A stretch of 64,000 nucleotides of DNA from a candidate division WOR-3 bacterium (GTDB lineage: Bacteria; Hydrothermota; Tepidihabitantia; Tepidihabitantales; Tepidihabitantaceae). Made by a program: the position numbers and the translations under genes. The notes beneath the pieces are model-generated. The model did not search any database. It saw only the letters and a program-made list of their open reading frames with translations, and was not told the origin of the DNA. Position 1 is the stretch's first letter. The number at the start of each line of letters is the position of its first letter. Shown in pieces: positions 42,481-49,489 of the stretch. The stretch is from assembly GCA_965649295.1 (NCBI GenBank), contig CBFGKH010000001.1:32001-96000 (forward strand). Direction: 5' to 3'.

Positions 42481-43184
42481 TTCTTGGCCGGAGTCTTTTC
42501 GACATCTTTCGCTCCAGCATCGTGATGGTTGCCCTGCTTATCGCCTCCATCGCGGCCCTGGCGCTAATTATCGAGCGATTGTGGTATTTCTACCGCAACC
42601 GTTTCAACACTGGCAAAGGCTTGGTCGAACTACGCCGCCGACTACTTAACGGTGGGCCAAACGCGGCCTTGGAATGGGCCAAAACCCAACAGAACCCCAT
42701 GGGCCGGATGTTTGTTGTCGCCCTCGAAAACCTCAGTCTGTCCAGTGACGAGCTGGCCGACCTGCTCTACAGTCTCATCCTCGAAGAGCGACTGCGGTTT
42801 GAACGGATGCTTGGCGGTATGGGCACGCTTGCCAACGTCGCCACCCTGCTCGGCCTGCTCGGCACAGTCACCGGTCTCATCAATGCCTTTGCCAACATCG
42901 CTGCCACTGGCTCCGGCGGACCAGCCGTTGTCTCGCGCGGCATTGCCGAAGCCCTCATCACCACCGCCTTTGGTCTATTCATCGGTATCCCGACACTCTT
43001 CTTCTACAACTACTTCTCCAAAAAGGCTGCCGATATCGCCATCATGCTCGAAAGCGCCTCTGACCGGCTCGTCGTCCTACTATCCCGAACTCAGTCCGCT
43101 AACCAGCAACCAGCGCCGGTTGCCGCTCCGCCCCCACCGCCGCCCAAGCCCCAGCCGACAGAGGACACTAACTGGAAGTTCTAA
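42477..43184 (+). CDS. exbB: MotA/TolQ/ExbB proton channel
   Basis: LLGLLGTVTG, GIAEALITTAFGL. Confidence 0.88.
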   Translation: MILGRSLFDIFRSSIVMVALLIASIAALALIIERLWYFYRNRFNTGKGLVELRRRLLNGGPNAALEWAKTQQNPMGRMFVVALENLSLSSDELADLLYSLILEERLRFERMLGGMGTLANVATLLGLLGTVTGLINAFANIAATGSGGPAVVSRGIAEALITTAFGLFIGIPTLFFYNYFSKKAADIAIMLESASDRLVVLLSRTQSANQQPAPVAAPPPPPPKPQPTEDTNWKF

Positions 43185-43597
43185 TGCGTCGCCGGCCGGT
43201 TGAACGTCCCCGCAACGAACTGATTCTCACCTCGCTCGTTGACATCGCCCTCTCACTGGTCATCGGCTTCATGGTGGCAATGCCGCTCTTTTTTGAAACC
43301 GGTATCTTTGTCTCGGCTCCAGCGGCAACCCGCGCCGGCCAGAACGAACCTGGTTCCGACATCAAAGCGAACATCTATCTGACCGACGACGGCCGCACCC
43401 TGCTCAACGAGTCACCGGTCACCACCGAAGAACTGGCCGAGCTGCTACCCAAGCTACTCGATCGCAGCGTTGAGAAACGAGTGATAATTGCCACTGACGA
43501 CCAGGTCGTGTATGATAGGGTAATGCGCATACTCGACCTGGCCAAACAATCTGGCGCTGCTGACCTGGCGCTGCTGCGCCGCCGGAGGGCACCATGA
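43184..43597 (+). CDS. exbD: ExbD/TolR family protein
   Basis: TSLVDI TM with conserved Asp; periplasmic domain IATDDQVVY. Confidence 0.85.
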   Translation: MRRRPVERPRNELILTSLVDIALSLVIGFMVAMPLFFETGIFVSAPAATRAGQNEPGSDIKANIYLTDDGRTLLNESPVTTEELAELLPKLLDRSVEKRVIIATDDQVVYDRVMRILDLAKQSGAADLALLRRRRAP

Positions 43598-43989
43598 AAG
43601 GCCCGACCAACGTTGATATCCTGCCGATGGCTGCTGTCGGCCTCATTTTGGTTCTCATCATGATGGTCGTATCGCCGCTGGTGATTACCCGCAACAGCAC
43701 CCCGGTTGAGCTGCCCCAGACCCATACATCGGAACGGAAGGTCGAAAACGACATCAACATCACCTACACGATCGATGGCCGGCTGGTGATGGACGACCAG
43801 CCGGTCAGCGATTACAACGAACTGCAGAACCTGCTACAGGCAGCGGTAAGTCGAGATCCCTATGTTCTTGTCGTCGTCCGCGCTGACAAGGAATGCCTCC
43901 ATTCTCACGTCCTTGACCTTTTGGCCTGTGCCCGTCGGGCCGGCGCGCTGCGCATCGCCTGCGCCACCAAGCGGCTCAAGGAGGGATGA
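43594..43989 (+). CDS. exbD: Second ExbD/TolR family protein lacking the TM Asp
   Basis: ILPMAAVGLILVLIMMV TM; VELP; VVRADK. Confidence 0.8.
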   Translation: MKGPTNVDILPMAAVGLILVLIMMVVSPLVITRNSTPVELPQTHTSERKVENDINITYTIDGRLVMDDQPVSDYNELQNLLQAAVSRDPYVLVVVRADKECLHSHVLDLLACARRAGALRIACATKRLKEG

Positions 43990-44897
43990 TGACATTCGAA
44001 TCCAAGCGCTACCGCGGCACCGAAATAGCCATCGCCATCTCGGTTCTCCTCCACGCCATCGGCTTGATACTCGCCTCGCGGCCAGCTCCTGAAGCCAGCA
44101 CCGCTGCCGACCTGCAGGAAGTCTCGTTCATGGACGTGACCTACCGCCCCGAAGTTGCCAAGATTCTTGCCAAAACTGAAATCCCGGGTGGCGGCGGCAC
44201 TGACGCGGCCACCGCCACGGCACCAACCTACTCTGCTGGCATCGCCGCCGACGAAGTTCCAGCCATTGACCTCTCGGCCAAGCTCGAACGCGACAACTCT
44301 CAAGCCAAGATTGACCTCGACCGCTATGAACTCGACCGCGGCGACAACATCAACGTCATCCGGCTCGGCGGCTCCGGCTCGACCAAATCCACCGAGGAGA
44401 TTCTTGCCCAGCCCAAAGTCGAACTGTCACGCAGCCTTGGCCGTGGTAGCGGCACCGGCCTGCGCGGCGTCCCCGGCATACCCCAGCCTACTGCCCAGCT
44501 CACCATCGAAAGCCGGCCCCTTGCCAAACCGGCTGCCCGGCCCTTGCCCACGGTTCCGACTGCTGACCTGCCCAAAGTCACCGCCCCGGTCAGCCGCGGT
44601 ACCAACTTCATGGTTGCCGGCCCGATATCCCAGCGCGAGATTACCAGAAAAGTTGTCCCGCGCTACCCCAAGTGGGCACTCGAACGCCGCATCTCTGGCA
44701 CTGTTGTCGTCCGGCTCTGGGTTCAACCCAACGGCCAAGTCAAAGGTACACCCACCGTTGAGTGCAGCTCCGGCTATCCGGACCTCGACCAGGTCGTGAT
44801 TGATGCTCTGCGCGCCTGGGAATTCGCTCCGCTCGGCCCCAATGTCAAAGCTGAAGACCAGTGGGGCGTAATCACCTTCAAGTTCACTCTCTCCTAA
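43986..44897 (+). CDS. tonB: TonB family energy transducer
   Basis: SVLLH TM motif, Pro-rich linker, PRYP..A...GTV, SSGYPDLD TonB_C. Confidence 0.85.
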   Translation: MMTFESKRYRGTEIAIAISVLLHAIGLILASRPAPEASTAADLQEVSFMDVTYRPEVAKILAKTEIPGGGGTDAATATAPTYSAGIAADEVPAIDLSAKLERDNSQAKIDLDRYELDRGDNINVIRLGGSGSTKSTEEILAQPKVELSRSLGRGSGTGLRGVPGIPQPTAQLTIESRPLAKPAARPLPTVPTADLPKVTAPVSRGTNFMVAGPISQREITRKVVPRYPKWALERRISGTVVVRLWVQPNGQVKGTPTVECSSGYPDLDQVVIDALRAWEFAPLGPNVKAEDQWGVITFKFTLS

Positions 44898-44898
44898 C

Positions 44899-45762
44899 AT
44901 GCTGATTGCTGGCCTGCTCCTGCTCTTGGCCCAGCCCGCCGCCTCGAACTCCGACCAGCACGCCATCGGCGAAGAGGTCATCACCGGCCAGGCCGAAATC
45001 AAGATTACCGATACCAAACCCTACTTCTCGCCCCAGCTTGACCCGTTTGCACCAATTACCGGCCTATTGGCCCCAGAAACCTACGTGCTCGACGACGCCC
45101 TGCTCCGGTCAATTGACTCAATGACCATTCCCCAGCAGTTCATCCGTTCCTCCTACCTGCGGGTGCCAGTCGAACGCGGCTTCATCTACAGCGACGTGAT
45201 GCTCTTTCTGCCGTCCTTCGAGACCCGAGTCGCCAACTGGGAACTGGTCATCGCCAACTCACTCGGCGAGACGGTTCGCCGCATCAGCGGCAAGGGCCAG
45301 CCGCCCGCGGCTCTCTCCTGGAATGGCCGTTCCGACAAGGGGGAGATGATTGCCCCCGGTGAAGTCTATAGCTTCACCTTCAATGCCTACGACGCCCGCG
45401 GCAACCAGACTCGGATTCCCGGCACGCCGCAGCGCATCAATGCAGTCGCCTACCAGGCTGACGGTGAGTGGGTCGTCGCCATCGCTGCTGACCAGCTCTT
45501 TGCCGAGGGCAGCAACCAGTTGCTCGAACCAGCAGCCGCCCGCCTTGACGAGGCCGCCAATATCATCAAAGAGCACTTCCGCAAGGAAGTCGTGGTCTAT
45601 GTCTATTCTGAGCAGGAGAATCTCTCTGCCGACCGCTGCCAAGTGATGCAACGGGAGCTCAGCCGCCGCGTGGTCCTGCCCCGCGAGGGAATCAAGGTTG
45701 CCCCGCGCTTCATCCCCGGGCTGCAGCCCAAGTTCTCCAAAGTCGAAATCCACATCCTCTAG
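44899..45762 (+). CDS. Exported protein with FlgD-Ig domain and degenerate OmpA-like C domain
   Basis: Signal peptide; WNGRSDKGE; LFAEGSNQL...LD..A...LSADR. Confidence 0.6.
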   Translation: MLIAGLLLLLAQPAASNSDQHAIGEEVITGQAEIKITDTKPYFSPQLDPFAPITGLLAPETYVLDDALLRSIDSMTIPQQFIRSSYLRVPVERGFIYSDVMLFLPSFETRVANWELVIANSLGETVRRISGKGQPPAALSWNGRSDKGEMIAPGEVYSFTFNAYDARGNQTRIPGTPQRINAVAYQADGEWVVAIAADQLFAEGSNQLLEPAAARLDEAANIIKEHFRKEVVVYVYSEQENLSADRCQVMQRELSRRVVLPREGIKVAPRFIPGLQPKFSKVEIHIL

Positions 45763-45878
45763 TCCGGCCCTCCCCAACCGGGCGACAACTGCCAGTCTGC
45801 CGCAGCCACCAGTCCCTCGCTGCCTCTTAGCACCGGCAGTTTGACTCACAAACAAACCTGGCTAGATTACCATTAGCG

Positions 45879-47735
45879 TTGACCCATTCTTCCTCTCGTA
45901 CTGATATTTTCGTTGCTGCCGGCTGCGGCCTGGTTGCGCTGGTCAACTACTTAGCAACCCTTGGCCCAACTGTCGGGCCTGGCGACGCCGGCGAACTGAC
46001 CCTTGCCGCGCTCCGGCTTGGCATCGCCCACCCGCCTGGCTACCCGCTCTTCACCTGGCTTGGCCGGCTTGCCTGCCTACTCCCTTTCCGCGAACCAGCA
46101 GTCGCTACCAACAGCCTGACAGCCCTGATTGGCGCTGCCACTGTCACAGTTCTCTTCCTTGCCGCCCGCCGACTTGGTCTCTCCCTCATCGGCGCTCTGG
46201 TCGCGGCCCTAGCGCTCGGATTCGGCCCAGCCTTCTGGCTCGTGGCAACCAGCCACGAAGTCTATACCCTCACCATTCTCTTTCTCTGTCTCCTTCTTCT
46301 TTCCGTCTCTTTACCCAGTCCTGAACACTCCAACCCCTCGCCGCGGCCGCCCCTGCTTGCGGCCCTGCTGCTCGGCCTCGCCCTCTCTCACCAGCCGACA
46401 ACCCTACTCTGGCTGCCCGCCCTAATCGTTATCGCTTGGCCCTATCGCCGGCTCGTCACGCCCCGCCTCACCCTACTCTTAGCCGGCCTCATGCTCCTCG
46501 GCTTCTCAGCCAGTCTCGGCACCCTCTTTCGCGCCCTGGCCCGACCCGAAATCAACTGGGGCAACCCTAACACCCTTGGCCGGTTCCTTGCCCATGCCTT
46601 TGCTGCCCAATACCGCTGGCTTTCCTTCCGCACTCCTGGCCCTGAGTTCATGGAACGGCTTCGCTCGCTCCCAGCCGACATCGCCACTGGCCTCGGCATC
46701 GTCCCTAGCCTTGTCGCCCTGCTCGGCTTCGTTGTGCTGGCTTTCCGACCTAGTCGTCTGCTCCTCGGTCTTGGTCTCCTCTTCAGCACTGCCCTGTTTG
46801 CCCTTGGCTACTGGATTCCCGACTACCGCTTCCATCTACTGCCTGCCCTGGTTGCTGTTAGCCTCTTTGCCGGCAAAGGTGCCACCTGGCTCGAAACCCG
46901 CATCGCTGCCATTCCCCGGCTAGGCCGTCGCCCCAACCCAAGCCTAGCAAACATCTTCACAGCTCTCGCCATCCTCATCCTGCTCGCCATTCCCGGCCAC
47001 ACCCTTCTCGCCTACCGCCGCATCACGAACGAAAACAAAACAACGATTGTCCGCGACCTTGGCGAGAACCTGCTCTACTCCTTGCCTGACAGTGCTATTC
47101 TGCTCTACGGCGGCGACCTTGCCGGCAATGCAATTCGCTACCTACAGCAAGTGCGCGGCATCCGTCCTGATGTCCAGACCATCGCTGTTGCTCGCCTCCT
47201 TGCCCAGGAGTACTACGACAGCCTAAGGTTTCTCGCCCCGCTCCCTGACTGGCGCGCCACCCTTGCCTCCTCCGCGGCCACCGACCAGAACAGCCTGCTC
47301 CGGACTGTCTTCACTGCTCTTACCCAGGCCCTGCTCCTGCACCGTCCCTGCTACCTCACCGTCGAGATTGTCACCGACATGTTCTTTCCCAGTCCTCTCT
47401 ATCAGTCCCATCTGGTCGTACCCGAAGGCATCGTCTATCGCCTCATTCCCCGTCAGGTGACAGTCAATCTGCCCGCTGTCATTGACCACAGCCGCCACCT
47501 CTGGGCCGGCTACCGCCTCACCTCACTCCATTACCCGTTCACCTCTCCCGACTACCAGCACATCCAGTTCACTTATGCTGCTGCCCGCAACAACTTCGCC
47601 ATGTTCCTCCACGAACATGGCCAGACCGCTGCCGCCATCGAACAACTCCACCTTGCCCTAAGTCTGCCTGCTCCGCCTGAACTTACCCGCCTGGTCCAGG
47701 ACAACCTTCGCCGCCTCCAGCCCGACCGCAATTGA
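45879..47735 (+). CDS. DUF2723/TMEM260-like GT-C membrane glycosyltransferase
   Basis: GDAGEL...GIAHPPGYP, EVY, many TMs, C-terminal TPR; promoter TTGACT-N16-TAGATT at 45841-45868. Confidence 0.82.
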   Translation: MTHSSSRTDIFVAAGCGLVALVNYLATLGPTVGPGDAGELTLAALRLGIAHPPGYPLFTWLGRLACLLPFREPAVATNSLTALIGAATVTVLFLAARRLGLSLIGALVAALALGFGPAFWLVATSHEVYTLTILFLCLLLLSVSLPSPEHSNPSPRPPLLAALLLGLALSHQPTTLLWLPALIVIAWPYRRLVTPRLTLLLAGLMLLGFSASLGTLFRALARPEINWGNPNTLGRFLAHAFAAQYRWLSFRTPGPEFMERLRSLPADIATGLGIVPSLVALLGFVVLAFRPSRLLLGLGLLFSTALFALGYWIPDYRFHLLPALVAVSLFAGKGATWLETRIAAIPRLGRRPNPSLANIFTALAILILLAIPGHTLLAYRRITNENKTTIVRDLGENLLYSLPDSAILLYGGDLAGNAIRYLQQVRGIRPDVQTIAVARLLAQEYYDSLRFLAPLPDWRATLASSAATDQNSLLRTVFTALTQALLLHRPCYLTVEIVTDMFFPSPLYQSHLVVPEGIVYRLIPRQVTVNLPAVIDHSRHLWAGYRLTSLHYPFTSPDYQHIQFTYAAARNNFAMFLHEHGQTAAAIEQLHLALSLPAPPELTRLVQDNLRRLQPDRN

Positions 47736-47759
47736 CGGCAGCCTGCCGAACTGTATGAT
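47732..47759 (+). promoter_or_regulatory. Leaderless promoter for fabH
   Basis: TTGACG-N16-TATGAT-N7-GTG. Confidence 0.6.
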
Positions 47760-47766
47760 AGATTCA

Positions 47767-48813
47767 GTGAGTGAACTTTCTTTGTTGGCCGACCTGCCCC
47801 AGACCGTCTCTGTCGAAGCCAAACCCCGCCTCTACTCGGCAGTAGTTGCCGGCACCGGCTTTGACGTGCCCGAAAAAATAATGACCAACGCCGACCTCGA
47901 AAAGCTCGTTGACACTTCCGACGAGTGGATAGTCGAGCGCACCGGCATGAAAGAACGTCGTATTGCCCGGCCTGACCAGGCCGCATCCGACTTTGCCCTG
48001 GCAGCCTGCCAGCGTGCGCTTGCCGATGCCAACACCCGGCCTGACGAGATTGACCTGATTATCGTTGCCACTGTCACCGGCGACATGGCCTTTCCCTCCA
48101 CTGCCTGCATCCTGCAGGACAAGCTCGGCTGCACCCACGCTGCAGCAATGGACCTAAGTGCCGGCTGCACTGGCTTCATCTACGCCCTTGCCACTGCCCG
48201 CCAATTCATCGCCACCGGCACCTACAAAACCATCCTCGTCGTCGGCGTCGAAGTCCTCTCTAAGATTACCGACTGGACCGACCGCGGCACTTGTGTCCTC
48301 CTCGCTGACGGCGCCGGCGCCGCAGTCCTGCGCGCCACTGACGAACCCGGCCGTGGCATCATCGCTACCTACCTTGGTGCCGACGGTTCGCGTGGCAACG
48401 ACCTCTATATGCCGGCTGGCGGCTCCCGCATTCCCGCTTCCCACGAATCAGTCGCTGCCCGCCAGCACTACCTCAAAATGAACGGCAATGCCATCTTCAA
48501 AGTCGCAGTCCGAGCCATGGCCGACTCGGTTCGCCGCGTTCTCGAACAAGCTCGACTCAAAGCCAGCGACGTCAAGCTCCTCATTCCCCACCAGGCCAAC
48601 CTGCGGATAATCGAAGCCGTGGCCAAACTACTCCGTTTCCCGATGGACAACGTCTTCGTCAACATCCAGAAATACGCCAACACCAGCTCGGCCACCACCA
48701 TCATCGCCCTTGACGAAGCCCGCAAGGCCGGCCGGATTCTGCCCGGCGACCTTGTCGTTCTCGTTGCCTTCGGCGCCGGTCTCACTTGGGGCGGCGTCGC
48801 CATTCGCTGGTAA
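47767..48813 (+). CDS. fabH: Beta-ketoacyl-ACP synthase III
   Basis: DTSDEWI, AGCTGF, PHQAN, NTSSA, GAGLTWG; start moved to GTG 47767. Confidence 0.95.
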   Translation: MSELSLLADLPQTVSVEAKPRLYSAVVAGTGFDVPEKIMTNADLEKLVDTSDEWIVERTGMKERRIARPDQAASDFALAACQRALADANTRPDEIDLIIVATVTGDMAFPSTACILQDKLGCTHAAAMDLSAGCTGFIYALATARQFIATGTYKTILVVGVEVLSKITDWTDRGTCVLLADGAGAAVLRATDEPGRGIIATYLGADGSRGNDLYMPAGGSRIPASHESVAARQHYLKMNGNAIFKVAVRAMADSVRRVLEQARLKASDVKLLIPHQANLRIIEAVAKLLRFPMDNVFVNIQKYANTSSATTIIALDEARKAGRILPGDLVVLVAFGAGLTWGGVAIRW

Positions 48814-49181
48814 ACCCACCCCAAAGCCCAGTCGCCAACCCTTTCCTGAGCAGCGACCAGAACAGCGTCTAAGACCTGCCCAGCTAGCCACCACCAAAGA
48901 GCCCACAAGGCTCAGCCACGGGCTTAGCCGAAAATGGTTATCCAGACACAGTCCCCAACCTGATGCGAATCACATCAGCAGACATTCCCCAAAACTCCTC
49001 CCCCAAGCCATCAGCAAGCAGCTAGGCCAGCACCAACCCAATGAGCCTTGGCAACACCCGCGCAGACCATCCCGGGGACGAGGGAGGGGGTCTGGTACTC
49101 AGCAAGCTATCAGATTGTAACAAGGCAACTTAGGCACACTTCCCTAGGTTCGGCTCTGCACCCTAGGAAGGGTGCAGAGCC
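48812..49181 (+). repeat. Copy B of the dispersed element: 23 degenerate 12-bp units (48812-49087) plus conserved cassette (49088-49181)
   Basis: Purine at unit position 2 in 22/23 and position 3 in 21/23, C at position 4 in 18/23; GCTATCAGATTGTA 49106-49119; perfect 13-bp hairpin 49152-49181. Confidence 0.8.
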
Positions 49182-49207
49182 TGACTCCCCATCGCCCAAC
49201 TAGTTGC

Positions 49208-49400
49208 GGCGATTCCTCGCTACACTCGGGATGACAGAAAGCCCGTCATTCCGAGGCCGCGATGCGGCCGAGGAATCGCCGACCCGTCATCTCTGCCCAG
49301 CGACTCCTCGTCGCCAGACTCCTCGGAATGACACCGCTGCTGGCGAAGGACAGCAGAAGACCCTTCGACTCCGGCCCTATGGCCTTCGCTCAGGGTGACA
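49208..49400. repeat. Cluster of four REP-like palindromic units (GTCATYCYGAG...GAGGAATC type)
   Basis: Units 49211-49236, 49245-49277, 49302-49333, 49359-49400; the first two are an inverted pair. Confidence 0.75.
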
Positions 49401-49442
49401 AGAAGGCACGATTCCGCTCGAACTGACCCTAGCCAAGACGAA

Positions 49443-49470
49443 CCGGCGGCAGGCACAAACCTGCCGCCGG
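49443..49470. terminator. Rho-independent terminator-like hairpin, probably bidirectional
   Basis: CCGGCGGCAGG-CACAAA-CCTGCCGCCGG perfect 11-bp stem, ATTTTCTT on the plus side, 20 bp from the stop at 49490. Confidence 0.75.
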
Positions 49471-49489
49471 ATTTTCTTCCGCTTGTCGC

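Noticed and set aside
48710..49120. 136-aa ORF across array copy B
   Set aside because: Starts out of frame inside fabH, and the equivalent frame in copy A contains stops; its 4-residue rhythm reflects the 12-bp DNA period.
31464..49181. CRISPR or TIGR-type array reading of the 12-bp arrays
   Set aside because: No near-identical repeats alternating with spacers, no evident 36-nt unit, and no cas or Nop-domain gene in the window.
49147..49181. tRNA/T-arm-like GGTTCG
   Set aside because: No cloverleaf, no GGTTCGAATCC, no CCA end.
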